A stretch of 64,000 nt of DNA from Planctomycetota bacterium (GCA_965228735.1 OZ245838.1:4544001-4608000), one strand, 5' to 3'; shown: positions 40,837 through 51,080, counted from the first letter of the stretch. Notes: generated by a model not told the origin, from the letters alone. Numbers and translations: made by a program.

Positions 40837-43784
40837 CGGTTGACGTGCCCGTCGAACGCTCGGACGGCGAGGGTGTGGTAGTCGATCATGACGCTCCTGC
40901 CACCGACCCTGGTGCCGTCGGCGAGCACTGCGGACACGCCGTCGGGGTCGCGCGCGATGAGGCGCTTCCGCTTCGGCGTGAGCTCGATCTCGGCGGCGTG
41001 GCCGCGCACGCGCGACCAGTCGAGGTCGACGTCCTGGCCGATCACGCTGAGTATCTCGCCGGTCTTGCTGTGCAGGTTCATCGTCAGGGTCTGCGCCACA
41101 ATGCCGGGACCGTCGGGTGAAGTCGAGCCATCCGCGTTGATGCTCGACGCGATCACCGGACCGTGGAACTCGACCGCGTCGGGCACGAGTTCGATGTCGC
41201 CACGGCACTGCGCGAGGATGTGCGAGAACGCGTCGGACCGGCCTTCCTGATGCAACTCGATCTCCGGCAGCAGCTGCGCCGAACGGCCGGGGAACGCGCG
41301 GAACGCCTGCATCCGCGCCGTGTCGCGCCGCAGGATGCGGACCTGGGCGCCGCGCGCGGTGACGATTCGGCCGGGCACCGTGCGGGTCGCGGTCGCGGGC
41401 GTGAGCGTGGCCGGGTCGCCGAGCAACAGCGCGGCCTCGGCGGCAACCGACATGACGAGGGCGTGAGCCTTGCCTTCGAAGCGCCCTTCGACGGGATCCT
41501 CGACCTCGACCGAACGCACGCCGTCGCCGAGGATCCACGGCCCGTTCTCCGCGAAGAACGGCAGCATCCCGACATGGTCGCGGCGACCGCCGAGATGCGC
41601 GCGCTTGACGGCCTCGGTGAGCAACCCGGGCAGCGCCCGCAGCCGTTCGGCCGTGAACTCGATCGCGACCGGCTCGGCGCCGGGCTGGCGCGCGACGGTC
41701 GCCGTCGCGTGGGCGAGCTGGTCAGCGACCGCGCGGGCGTCGACGAGCACGCGCTCCGTGCCGACGTAGTGCAGGTCGATGCGCGGCGCAGTCGCAACGA
41801 GTTCTTCGCGGCCGGTCGACGGTCCCGCAGTGACGGTGCGCGTCAAGGTCGGCAGCCGCGCCGAGTCGGGCAGGTCGGGCCAGAGTTCGGTGTCCTCCGG
41901 GTCCGGCGGCAGCAGGCGCATCGACCACGCGCTGGTCTGCTCGATGCGCGGCGCGCGGATGGAGAACTCCTCGTTGCCGCGCACGAACGTGGCGCGCGCG
42001 GGCATGCCGGCGAGCGCGAAAGTCCGGATCGTCTCACCTTCGAACTCCGCCCGCAGCCAGCGCACGTCGGTCAGGTCGGCGTCGCGACCGGCGATCTGCG
42101 CCCGGATGTCACGGTCCGGCGATCGCAGCTCGACGACGGCGAATTCGCCTTCGCGTTCGAGTCGACACGAGCCCGTGCCCGTGGCGGTGAGTTCGCCGTG
42201 GCGGATCTCGTAGCGGTGGCCGCGCCAGCGGTCGCCGCCGGAGCCGTCGCGCCGTCGCGGCGGACCGAGGTCGAGCTCCTTGCGCTCGGCGGTCGCCGTG
42301 AGCAGGAACCCGTCGTTGCCGATCGCGTGCAGCGCCTCGCTCGTCGCGGTCGCCTTCTCGGTCATCGTCACCTTGCCGAAGCCGCGCGCCGCGACCCCGT
42401 CCTGGTTCCGATCCGTCTGGAAGACGTGCAGTCCGTCCTTCGAGTCGACCACGCGCTGGCTGTCCTCGAGGTGCGACTCGCCTTCGAACAAGACCCCGTG
42501 GAAGCCGTCGAGCGGGGCGGTCGCCCACTGCGGGAAGCCGAACGCGCGGTGGATCGCGCCCGTCTGCTCGCGGCCACGCAGCAGGTGGATGCGGCGCGGT
42601 GACGAACCGCGCAGGAGGTTGCCGTCGCCCGCGCTCGTCCCGTCCTGGGCCACCGCGGTCGGGCCACGCTGTTCGATGTTCGAGATGCCGCCCGACGCGG
42701 TCACCCAGAACGGCATCCCGAAGATGCCGGGCAGGACCGTGAGCTGCGGCGTCGTGACGAGGACCTCCGGCAGCTCGACCTGGGCCGGGCCGCCGCTCAG
42801 CTGCAGCATGCGCCAGGAAGTGGTCTCACGCACCGTTCCGTCCGGTTGCCGCGCGCTGCCGCGCGCGAGCCAGCCGAGCATCTGGTCGGCGCGGATCGTC
42901 ATGCGGCCGCGCGCGGCGCGATCGCCGACACCATCCGCCGTCGCAGCCGACTTCGGTGCCCCGGCGTCGAAGCCGCCGTCGAGTTCGACGACGACGGCCT
43001 CGGTCAGCGACAGCTCCGCGACCTCACGCGCCGTGTTCTCGGCGTAGTGGAGCAGACCCTTGGCGCGCGCCACGACGCCGGCCGTGCGCAGTTCGGGTTC
43101 GCTGAGGATGTTGACGTCGACCCGCTGCAACGCACCTTCGCGATCGCGCGGCAGCCGCGCGGACAGCCCCTTGCCGACGAGCGTGGCCGCGCGTTCGCCG
43201 ACGAACGTGATCGTGACGGGCACGTCCGCGCTCGGCGTGTAGAGGTGGACCTCATGGTCGTCGATCAGGGCCTGCGCGCGCTCGACCTGCAGCGACAGGC
43301 CCTCGAGCTTGCTGCCGGGCAGGGCCGCGAAGTCGACTTCGTGCAGCTCGATCTCCTTGTGGGCATCGATCGTCAGCTTGCCGTTCTGGTCGCGACCGAG
43401 CTCCACGAACGCCTGCCGCGCGCGGATCTCCGCGGCGCGTTCGCCGTCCTCGAACATCGTCGCGGTGACGTCGTCGAGCTGCTGCCGGCCGTCGCGCACG
43501 GGCCGGCTGTCGAGCGCGTGCAGCGTGAACACCGTCTGCTTTCGGATGCTGCCGTCCGGCTGGCGGATCTCGCGGGTGCGCGGCAGTCGCAACTCGCCGC
43601 GCTGCTCGGCCGTCGCCGCGAACGAGCCCTCGCTGATCTCGACCTGCACGCCGCGGTCCGTGTCGTCCGGCAGGTTCTCGTCGTCGGACTCTCCGCTCGC
43701 GATGATGAAGTCGTCGCCGACGAGCTCGTAGAGCAGCCAGAAGCCGGCGCCGGCGAGCACCAGGAACGCGAGCAGGCGCTTCAC
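40833..43784 (-). CDS. Large (983 aa) N-terminally anchored beta-rich protein, LptC/LptA-like by synteny
   Basis: N-terminal TM (KRLLAFLVLAGAGFWLLY), repeated short beta motifs (IRADQM, LSGGPAQV, IRAPRIE, LIARDPDG); between kdsC and lptD. Confidence 0.6.
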   Translation of the reverse strand: MKRLLAFLVLAGAGFWLLYELVGDDFIIASGESDDENLPDDTDRGVQVEISEGSFAATAEQRGELRLPRTREIRQPDGSIRKQTVFTLHALDSRPVRDGRQQLDDVTATMFEDGERAAEIRARQAFVELGRDQNGKLTIDAHKEIELHEVDFAALPGSKLEGLSLQVERAQALIDDHEVHLYTPSADVPVTITFVGERAATLVGKGLSARLPRDREGALQRVDVNILSEPELRTAGVVARAKGLLHYAENTAREVAELSLTEAVVVELDGGFDAGAPKSAATADGVGDRAARGRMTIRADQMLGWLARGSARQPDGTVRETTSWRMLQLSGGPAQVELPEVLVTTPQLTVLPGIFGMPFWVTASGGISNIEQRGPTAVAQDGTSAGDGNLLRGSSPRRIHLLRGREQTGAIHRAFGFPQWATAPLDGFHGVLFEGESHLEDSQRVVDSKDGLHVFQTDRNQDGVAARGFGKVTMTEKATATSEALHAIGNDGFLLTATAERKELDLGPPRRRDGSGGDRWRGHRYEIRHGELTATGTGSCRLEREGEFAVVELRSPDRDIRAQIAGRDADLTDVRWLRAEFEGETIRTFALAGMPARATFVRGNEEFSIRAPRIEQTSAWSMRLLPPDPEDTELWPDLPDSARLPTLTRTVTAGPSTGREELVATAPRIDLHYVGTERVLVDARAVADQLAHATATVARQPGAEPVAIEFTAERLRALPGLLTEAVKRAHLGGRRDHVGMLPFFAENGPWILGDGVRSVEVEDPVEGRFEGKAHALVMSVAAEAALLLGDPATLTPATATRTVPGRIVTARGAQVRILRRDTARMQAFRAFPGRSAQLLPEIELHQEGRSDAFSHILAQCRGDIELVPDAVEFHGPVIASSINADGSTSPDGPGIVAQTLTMNLHSKTGEILSVIGQDVDLDWSRVRGHAAEIELTPKRKRLIARDPDGVSAVLADGTRVGGRSVMIDYHTLAVRAFDGHVNR

Positions 43785-44359
43785 TTCGGCAGTGTCCCGG
43801 TAGCGATCGCGGCCCACTCGCCGCGGGCCTTCAGGAGTTCTTCGATCACGTCGCGCACCGCGCCGCAACCGGCGGAGCGGGCCGTGACGAAGTGCGCCGC
43901 CGCGAGGACTTCATCGCGCGCCTCGGGCACGGTGGCCGCGAACCCGACGCGCTGCAGCACCGGCAGGTCGAGCACGTCGTCGCCGACGTAGGCGACCTGT
44001 GCCGGGTCGAGCTCGCGCCGCGCGAGCAGCTCGTCGAACGCCGCATCCTTGTCGACGCGGTTGAGGATGACCTCGTCGACGTGCAGTTCGCGGGCGCGCC
44101 ACTCGACCGCGTGGCCGCCGCGGCCCGACAGAAAGCCCGAGAGCCCGCCGCTGCGCCGCCAGTAGTAGAGCCCCGCCGCGTCGTGCACGTGGAACGACTT
44201 GTACTCGCGGTGCTCCGCGTCGATCCAGATCCGCCCGTCGGTGAGCACGCCGTCGACGTCGAGCAGCAGCATGCGGATCTGGCGCAGCACGCCGTCATCC
44301 GGCCGGGTTCGCCCGGTCGCCGGTGCGTCTGTCGCTTGTTTGTCCGTCGGTCGAGTCAT
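43781..44359 (-). CDS. kdsC: KDO-8-phosphate phosphatase
   Basis: LLDVDGVLTDG, KSFHVHD, AYVGDDVLDL, GCGAVRD. Confidence 0.93.
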   Translation of the reverse strand: MTRPTDKQATDAPATGRTRPDDGVLRQIRMLLLDVDGVLTDGRIWIDAEHREYKSFHVHDAAGLYYWRRSGGLSGFLSGRGGHAVEWRARELHVDEVILNRVDKDAAFDELLARRELDPAQVAYVGDDVLDLPVLQRVGFAATVPEARDEVLAAAHFVTARSAGCGAVRDVIEELLKARGEWAAIATGTLPK

Positions 44360-45327
44360 CCGATCTTGAGGTTGAGGAGGTCCTGCACGTCGAGCAGGCC
44401 GAGCAGCCGGTTGTCGTCGTCGACGACCGGCAGCTGGTCGATCTTGAGCTGGTGCAGCAACGCGAGGGCTTCGAGCGCGAACATCTCGGTCGTGATCGAG
44501 CGCGGGTTCTTCGTCATCACGTCGTCGATGCGGCGCTCGCGCGGGTTCTCGATCCCGATCTCGATGAGCCGGCGCAGGTCGCCGTCCGTGAAGAAGCCCT
44601 GCAGGCAGCCGGCGTCGTCGACGACGCTCGTGGCGCCCGGCCGACCCGGAGTGCCCGTCATCGCCTCGATCGCCTCGAGCACCGTCGCGCCGCAGTGCAC
44701 GGTCGGGTTGCGGTCACCCTGCCGCATGAGCTCGGCGACGCGCATGAGCCGCCGACCGAGGTCGCCGCCCGGGTGGAATCGCGCGAACTGCTCGGGGCCG
44801 AAGTTGCGACCTTCCTGCACCACGAGCGCGAGCGCGTCGCCGAGCGCGAGCATCGCCGTCGTCGAGGCGCTCGGGGCGAGCCCGAACGGCCCGGCCTCGT
44901 CGATCTTGCCGATCTCCAGCACGAGGTCGCAGTGCTTGCCGAGCGTCGACGTCCGTTCTTGCGTGATCCCGATGACCGGCACGGACGCCATTTTCACGTG
45001 CGGCAGCATCTCGAGGACTTCGCCGGTCTCGCCCGACTTGCTGAACGCGAGCAACAGGTCGCCCTCCTCCACGCGCCCGAGGTCGCCGTGAATCGCCTCG
45101 GCCGGGTGCAGGTAGATCGACGGCGTGCCCGTCGACGCGAGCGTCGCCGAGACCTTCTGGGCGATGAAGCCGGCCTTGCCCATGCCGCTCGTGACGACGC
45201 GGCCAGGCAGTTCGAGGATCATGTCCAGGGCCTGCGAGAACGGCTTGCCGAGCCGTTCGGCGACCTGGCGCACGGCCATCGCCTCGCGCTCCACGACCTC
45301 GCGTGCGCGTTCGATGCGGGGGTCCAT
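44356..45327 (-). CDS. kdsD: Arabinose-5-phosphate isomerase (KpsF/GutQ, SIS + CBS)
   Basis: SGMGKAG, ASTGTP, HPAEAIHGDLG, APSASTT, FHPGG.LG, TDGDLRR. Confidence 0.95.
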   Translation of the reverse strand: MDPRIERAREVVEREAMAVRQVAERLGKPFSQALDMILELPGRVVTSGMGKAGFIAQKVSATLASTGTPSIYLHPAEAIHGDLGRVEEGDLLLAFSKSGETGEVLEMLPHVKMASVPVIGITQERTSTLGKHCDLVLEIGKIDEAGPFGLAPSASTTAMLALGDALALVVQEGRNFGPEQFARFHPGGDLGRRLMRVAELMRQGDRNPTVHCGATVLEAIEAMTGTPGRPGATSVVDDAGCLQGFFTDGDLRRLIEIGIENPRERRIDDVMTKNPRSITTEMFALEALALLHQLKIDQLPVVDDDNRLLGLLDVQDLLNLKIG

Positions 45328-45424
45328 TTGGGGCCAGAGAGTAGCACAGCGACCGGTGGCCGGGCACTGCTTCGCGCGCCTTCGGCCTCGGCGCGATCCG
45401 GCGGGCGGGGTATGCTCGCTGCCA

Positions 45425-46312
45425 GTGTCGTATCGCGTTCAGCTGCCGGTCTTCTCGGGTCCGATGGATCTCCTGTTGCACCTGGTTCGGCAGCAGGAGG
45501 TCGACATCCACGAGGTTTCGTTGGCGCGGATCCTCGAGGACTACCTCGGCCACCTGAAGATCCTCCAGGAGCTCGATCTCGCGGACATCGGCGACTTCGT
45601 CGTGATGGCGAGCACGCTGATGGAGATCAAGTCCCGCGAGCTGCTGCCGAACGAGACCGTCGAGATCGAGGAGGAGCTCGACCCGCGCGACGACCTGATC
45701 CGCCGTCTGCTCGAGTACAAGCGCTACCGCGATCTCGCGCGCCAGCTCGAGAACCGCGCCGAACGCCGGGCGAAGATGACGCCGCTCGTGCTCACGAAGC
45801 CGCCGCAGATCGAGAAGGAGCCGGACGACGACGATGGCCTCGACCTCGGCGATGTCGGGATCTGGGACCTGACGTCCGCGTTCGCCCGGCTGCTCGAGGA
45901 GATCGGCCAGCAGGGCACGATGGAGGTCGCCGTCGAGAAGCGCGACGTCGGCTTCTACATCGACCAGATGCTCGTGAAGTTCCGCGAGCAGCGCGAGGTG
46001 CCGTTCTCCGTGATCTTCGACAAGAAGGCCGGGCGGTACGGTCTGATCGGCGCGCTGCAGGCGTGCCTCGAGATGATGAAGCAGGGCTACCTGCGCGCCG
46101 TCCAGGAGCAGTGCTTCGACGAGATCCAGCTCGCGTTCAAGGGTGACCCGAACGTGTCCGCGGATCAGATCATGGCCGGCATCGAGGCGGACGAAGCGGC
46201 CGCGGAAGAACGCCGCGAGCTCGCGGCCGAGGCCGAGAGCGGCGACGTGGAGGACGATCGCGACGCCGGGGTCGAGAGCGTCGAATCGGCGGACGCGGAA
46301 TCGGTGGACTGA
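45425..46312 (+). CDS. scpA: Segregation and condensation protein A
   Basis: YRVQLPVFSGPMDLLLHLV, FVVMASTLMEIKSRELLP, DPRDDLIRRLLEYKRY, LE..K, Q..FDEI. Confidence 0.93.
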   Translation: MSYRVQLPVFSGPMDLLLHLVRQQEVDIHEVSLARILEDYLGHLKILQELDLADIGDFVVMASTLMEIKSRELLPNETVEIEEELDPRDDLIRRLLEYKRYRDLARQLENRAERRAKMTPLVLTKPPQIEKEPDDDDGLDLGDVGIWDLTSAFARLLEEIGQQGTMEVAVEKRDVGFYIDQMLVKFREQREVPFSVIFDKKAGRYGLIGALQACLEMMKQGYLRAVQEQCFDEIQLAFKGDPNVSADQIMAGIEADEAAAEERRELAAEAESGDVEDDRDAGVESVESADAESVD

Positions 46313-46316
46313 CCCG

Positions 46317-47435
46317 CTATCGCGCGTCGACCGCCAGCGCCATCACCTCGGCCTCCTCCTCCATCCGCTCCACCATGCGGAACTGCACCCGCGCGCGGTC
46401 GAGGTTGTGCCCGTCGCGGTGCACCTTGAAGTAGACGTCGCCCGCGAGGTGGTCGGCGAGGAACCGCAGGCCGATCGTGTAGGTCACGAGTCGGGCCGAG
46501 AACGGCATGAGCTCGATCTCGCGCCTGTTCAGCGTGCCGCCGGTGCCCGCGAGGTAGCCCGCGACGAGCGCCTTGTAGAGCTCCTGGTCCGTGCCCACCT
46601 TGTCGAGGTCGCGTTCGTCCTCGTCGCTCGTCGCGGCGGCGAAGCGCACCAGGTCGCCGAAGTCGTAGAGCGCGTAGCCGGGCATGCACGTGTCGAGATC
46701 GACGATGCAGCGGGCCTGGCCGGTCGCGCGGCAGAACAGCACGTTGTTGAGCTTGGTGTCGCCGTGGACCGTGCGACGCGGGATCTCGCCGCGCTCGAGC
46801 GCCCGTTCCATGACGAACGCCATCTCCCGGCGCGTCTGCGCGAACCGGATCTCGGGCAGGCAGTCGATCGCGCGATTGCGCGGGTCCTCGGCGAGCGCGT
46901 CCTCGAACTGCTGCAAACGATGCGGCGTGCTGAAGAACTTCGGCAGCGTCTCGCGCAGGCAGCTCGCGTCGAGGTCGCTGAGCTGGGCCTGGAACCAGCC
47001 GAAGGCCTTGGCGGCCTGGTAGGCCTGCGACTCGTCGTCGCAATGGTCCTGACTCTTGGTGTCCTCGATGAACCGGTAGGTTCGCCACTGCCCCGAGTCG
47101 GCCACGAGGTAGGAGCGATCCTCGCGCGTCGGCACGAGGTCGAGCACCTGGAAGCCGTCGAGGGTCGACGCGCCGTCCATCTTGCGTCGCAGGTGCCCGC
47201 TCACGGTCTCGATGTTGTGCATGACGGCCGGGATGTCGTGGAACACCTTGTCGTTCATGCGCTGGTGCAGGTAGCGCACGGGCCCGTCGTGCTGCGACCA
47301 CGTCGACACGAACGTGTCGTGGATGTGGCCGCGCTGCAGCGGTTCGACGCCGAGCAGGCGGCCCTCGATCGCGAACTGCGTCGCCGCGGCGCGGATCGCG
47401 GTCGGGTGAGGTTGCTGACTCGGGCCCGGGGTCAT
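46317..47435 (-). CDS. APH-family kinase, N-acetylhexosamine 1-kinase-like
   Basis: GHIHDTF, YLHQRMN, HGDTKLNNVLF, IVDLDT.MPG..YDFGD, LRFLADHL.GD.YFK, HNLDRARVQ. Confidence 0.82.
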   Translation of the reverse strand: MTPGPSQQPHPTAIRAAATQFAIEGRLLGVEPLQRGHIHDTFVSTWSQHDGPVRYLHQRMNDKVFHDIPAVMHNIETVSGHLRRKMDGASTLDGFQVLDLVPTREDRSYLVADSGQWRTYRFIEDTKSQDHCDDESQAYQAAKAFGWFQAQLSDLDASCLRETLPKFFSTPHRLQQFEDALAEDPRNRAIDCLPEIRFAQTRREMAFVMERALERGEIPRRTVHGDTKLNNVLFCRATGQARCIVDLDTCMPGYALYDFGDLVRFAAATSDEDERDLDKVGTDQELYKALVAGYLAGTGGTLNRREIELMPFSARLVTYTIGLRFLADHLAGDVYFKVHRDGHNLDRARVQFRMVERMEEEAEVMALAVDAR

Positions 47436-47785
47436 CGCAGCGGGTCTCCCGAGTTGACGTGGAAGTGCAGATGCTTGCTGTCCTGGTAGTGCCCGAGGTT
47501 GGTGAGCACGCGCGCTCGGCCGTGTTCGCGTTCCACGTCGGTGGCGACCGCGCGCACGACGGCGAGCACCCGGTGCAGCAGCGATTCGTCCGCCGAGCCG
47601 AGGTCGGTCAGCGACGGCACGTGCAGCTTCGGCACGACGACGATGTGCACGGGCCAGAACGGTCGCGTGTGGTGGTAGGCGAGCACGTCGTCCGTTTCGC
47701 GCACGACGTCCACCGCGGTGCGGCCGTTCAGCACCTCATCGCAGTAGAAGTCGGAGACGGCGGGCGAGCCCGAGGGCGAGGACAT
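47432..47785 (-). CDS. HIT domain protein
   Basis: DFYCDEVL, P.WPVHIVVVPK.H, QDSKHLHFH; ATGA overlap with the kinase. Confidence 0.88.
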   Translation of the reverse strand: MSSPSGSPAVSDFYCDEVLNGRTAVDVVRETDDVLAYHHTRPFWPVHIVVVPKLHVPSLTDLGSADESLLHRVLAVVRAVATDVEREHGRARVLTNLGHYQDSKHLHFHVNSGDPLR

Positions 47786-47865
47786 GGAGTTGCATCGAAC
47801 GCGCATTTCCCAGCCGTGACAAGCGGGTAGGTGACGTCAGCACAACGACATACGGTCGGCGCGAA

Positions 47866-48657
47866 TCAGAGGGCCGCGGTGCCCGCGAGCGTGAGCGCGG
47901 CCTCGAGCTGCGCGCCATCCGCCGCGTGGAAGGGCGGCTCCTCGAGGTAGCACCAGCGGCCCCAGACCTCGGATGCGCCGAGGGCGTACGGGAAGTGCGG
48001 CGCCGGCGTCTCGGTGCGGCGCGGGAACGACCACGCGGTGCCGTCGACGATGCAGACGTTGTTGGCGGCGACGAGGCGGCCCATCGCGAGCTCCGCGAGC
48101 GCCTGGCCGAGGGCGTCGAAATCGTTGCCGCGCAGTCCAACGAGTGCGCACGGCACGTCCTTCACGACGACTTCGACCTCGCGCGGCAGGGTCGGCAGCG
48201 GGCTGCGCGGGGCGCGTTCGGGCAGTTGCGGCAGGAAATCGAGGCGTTCGGGCGTCAGGTGGACGTGGGCCCACGCGATCGTCGCGGCAGCGCCGACGTT
48301 GTTCGCGAGGGCCGTGCCGCCCGTGGCCGCGCACCAGGCAGCCGCGGCGCTCCAGAGCCTGGCGTCCGGCTCGCGGCGCGGCGTGCGCGGCCAGACCAGG
48401 CGGTGTTCTCTGGCGGATGGATACTTGTTCGGCGTGACGACGAACTCGTCGTCCTGCCACAGACATTCCTCGGCCTGGATCCGACGGGCCGGGCTCGGCC
48501 CGAACGCGGGGCGCTCGGGCGTGACGCGGTTGCCGCGCTTGCGGCGATCGGGCAGGCAGACCAGCTCGACCGGGGCGCCGAAAACGGTGAGCGACCGCCG
48601 CCCCGCGGGCGAAAATGCCGGCAAATCGGGATCCGCGGCCGTCGGGAGCAGGCTCAC
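47866..48657 (-). CDS. HIT/GalT-superfamily nucleotidyltransferase/phosphorylase-like protein (DUF4922/GDPGP1-like)
   Basis: VTPNKYP..EH..V, NNVGAAAT..AHVHL, FPRR...P, GASEVWG. The start is uncertain. Confidence 0.55.
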   Translation of the reverse strand: MSLLPTAADPDLPAFSPAGRRSLTVFGAPVELVCLPDRRKRGNRVTPERPAFGPSPARRIQAEECLWQDDEFVVTPNKYPSAREHRLVWPRTPRREPDARLWSAAAAWCAATGGTALANNVGAAATIAWAHVHLTPERLDFLPQLPERAPRSPLPTLPREVEVVVKDVPCALVGLRGNDFDALGQALAELAMGRLVAANNVCIVDGTAWSFPRRTETPAPHFPYALGASEVWGRWCYLEEPPFHAADGAQLEAALTLAGTAAL

Positions 48658-48797
48658 GTTCGGGATCGTCCGCCGCAACCCCAGCGATGGCAACGATCAA
48701 GATGCGCCTTTGCGACCTCGGGCGCGGCTGGCTACCCTGCTGCGCCGGGACTTCCCTCGGGCCATCGTCCAGATCGAACCCCGACAGGTCAGGAACC

Positions 48798-49730
48798 TTG
48801 CGCATCGTCTTCTTCGGTAGCAGCGACTTCGCCATTCCGTCGCTGAAAGCCCTCAAAGAGGGTGGCTTCGCGCCCGAACTCGTCGTCACCAAGCCCGACG
48901 CTCCGCGCGGCCGGGGTCGGAAGATCTACCCGGCCGAGGTTCGCCTCGCGGCCGAGGACCTCGAGCTGCCGTGCGAACAGCCCGCGGATCCGCACGACGA
49001 GGAGTTCCTGCAGAAGCTGCGCGACCTGAAGCCCGACCTCGGCGTGGTCGTGAGCTACGGCGTGATCCTCAAGGCGGACCTCCTCGACCTGCCGCAGAAG
49101 GGCCACATCAACGCGCACGCCTCGCTGCTGCCGCTCTACCGCGGCGCTGCGCCGATCCAGCACGCGATCCGCGACGGTCAGGCGGAGACGGGCATCACGG
49201 TGATGAAGATCGGCGAGGAGCTCGACGCCGGAGACGTCCTCTTGATGAAGAAGACCGCGATCGAGAAGACCGAGAACAGCGGGCAGCTGCGCACGCGGCT
49301 CGCCGAGCTGTCGGGCACGGCCCTCGTCGAGGCGCTCGAGGCGATCAAGCAGGGCGGTGAGACCTACACGCCGCAGAATCACAAGAAGAGCTCGCACGCG
49401 CCCAAGGTCGAGAAGGAACACGGCGTCATCGACTGGAGCCTGCCGGCCGTCGAGATCGATCTGCTCGTGCGCGCGATGACGCCGAAGCCCGGCGCGCAGA
49501 CCCGGCTCGGCGCCAAGCGCTTCATCGTCATGGAGGGCACCGTCGAGCAGGACCTCTACGGCATGGGCATTCCGGGTGCGCTGCAGTCGGCGGGCGAGGA
49601 AGGCATCCGGGTCTGCACTGGCAAGGACCTCTACCGCATCACGCGCATCAAGCCGGACAACGGCCGCAACATGACGGCGGGCGAGTTCGTGCGCGGTCAC
49701 CAGATCGCGCCCGACGCGCGGTTCGGTTAG
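48798..49730 (+). CDS. fmt: Methionyl-tRNA formyltransferase
   Basis: RIVFFGSSDFA, VTKPDAPRGRG, INAHASLLPLYRGAAPIQ, TG.T.M...LDAG; TTG start. Confidence 0.95.
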   Translation: MRIVFFGSSDFAIPSLKALKEGGFAPELVVTKPDAPRGRGRKIYPAEVRLAAEDLELPCEQPADPHDEEFLQKLRDLKPDLGVVVSYGVILKADLLDLPQKGHINAHASLLPLYRGAAPIQHAIRDGQAETGITVMKIGEELDAGDVLLMKKTAIEKTENSGQLRTRLAELSGTALVEALEAIKQGGETYTPQNHKKSSHAPKVEKEHGVIDWSLPAVEIDLLVRAMTPKPGAQTRLGAKRFIVMEGTVEQDLYGMGIPGALQSAGEEGIRVCTGKDLYRITRIKPDNGRNMTAGEFVRGHQIAPDARFG

Positions 49731-49748
49731 GGCGCGGCTCGCACCGCG

Positions 49749-51080
49749 ATGGTGAAGTCCCCGTCGGCGCGCGCGGCCGCGCTGCATGCCCTCACCGCGC
49801 TGCAGAAGGGCAAGGCCGAGCGCCTGCGTGACGCGCTCGATCGGGCGCGGCTCCAGGGTCGGGAGCAGGCGCTCGCGTTCGAGCTCGGCCACGGCGTCTG
49901 TCGGCGCGAGCGCCTGCTCGACCACGTGCTCGCGGGTCTCGCGCATCGCGGCCTGCCGACCGCGCCGGCCGTGCGCGCGGTGCTGCGGCTCGGCGCGTAT
50001 CAGCTCCTGTTCATGGCCGGCATGCCGCGGCACGCGGCGGTCGGCGAGACGGTCGCGCTCGTGCGCAGCAACCGCGGATTCGTGAACGCGATCCTGCGGA
50101 AGCTCGCGGACTGCGTCGTCGACGAACCGCTGCCGGCGTCGGACGTGGATGCGACGACGATGCTCGCGCTCGGCGCGGGTCGGCACGTTCGCCTGCCGCA
50201 GCCGCTGCCCGATGATCTCGCCGCGCGCCTCGCGGTCGTACATTCGTTGCCGGACTTCCTCGTCGAGCGTTGGCGCACCGCCCACGGTCTCGACGCGCTG
50301 CCGGGCATCGCGGCCGCGGCGACCGCGGTGCCACCGGTGTGGTTGCGGCCGACGATCGGCGATGTCGCGGCGCTCGCCCGCAGGCTGCAGCATCAGAACG
50401 TCGAAACCGCGGTCGGCGCGGCGGACGACCTGCGCTGGATCGGCGGTGCGAGCCCGTTCGACACGAGTGCGTTCGCGGCCGGCGAGTTCGTCGTGCAGGA
50501 TCCGACGGCGTATCGGGCCGCGCAGGCGGTGCCGTGCGAGCCGGGTGCGACCGTTCTGGATCTGTGCGCCGCGCCGGGCACCAAGACCGTGCAGCTCGCG
50601 CGCCGGGTGCGACCCGGTGGTCGCGTCCTGGCCCACGACCCCGACCCCGGGCGGCGTGGTCGCATCACGGAGAACGTCGCGCGGCTGCAGCTCGAGGACA
50701 CGGTCGAGCTCGTGGACGACCCCACGGAGCTGGCCTTTCCCGTCGACGCGACGCTCGCGGATGTGCCGTGCTCGAACACGGGCGTGCTGGGCCGCCGGGT
50801 CGAGGTCCGTCAGCGCCTGACGCCGGCGGCGATCACGGAGCTGGAGGCCTTGCAGCGCGAGCTGCTCACCCGCGCGATCGCATGCACCAGAGCCGGCGGC
50901 CACGTCGTGTACTCGACGTGCTCGATCGAGCCCGAGGAGAACGGCGAGGTCGTCGCGCGCGTCGTGGCCGACTTGGCCGCTGCGGCGGAGCCGCGGGTCG
51001 TCGAGCGGCTGCGGGCCGAACTCACGCTGCCGCGGGCCGGTGAGTGTGACGGCGGCTATTTCGCCGTCCTGCGCGTCTGA
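49749..51080 (+). CDS. rsmB: 16S rRNA m5C967 methyltransferase RsmB/Sun (NusB + MTase)
   Basis: LRLGAYQL, GFVNAILR, VLDLCAAPGTKT, DVPCSNTG, VYSTCSIEPEEN, DGGYFA; follows fmt. Confidence 0.9.
   Translation: MVKSPSARAAALHALTALQKGKAERLRDALDRARLQGREQALAFELGHGVCRRERLLDHVLAGLAHRGLPTAPAVRAVLRLGAYQLLFMAGMPRHAAVGETVALVRSNRGFVNAILRKLADCVVDEPLPASDVDATTMLALGAGRHVRLPQPLPDDLAARLAVVHSLPDFLVERWRTAHGLDALPGIAAAATAVPPVWLRPTIGDVAALARRLQHQNVETAVGAADDLRWIGGASPFDTSAFAAGEFVVQDPTAYRAAQAVPCEPGATVLDLCAAPGTKTVQLARRVRPGGRVLAHDPDPGRRGRITENVARLQLEDTVELVDDPTELAFPVDATLADVPCSNTGVLGRRVEVRQRLTPAAITELEALQRELLTRAIACTRAGGHVVYSTCSIEPEENGEVVARVVADLAAAAEPRVVERLRAELTLPRAGECDGGYFAVLRV

Noticed and set aside
44991..45004. TTTTCACGTG as a parS site
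   Set aside because: Only half of the TGTTTCACGTGAAACA palindrome, and it lies inside kdsD.
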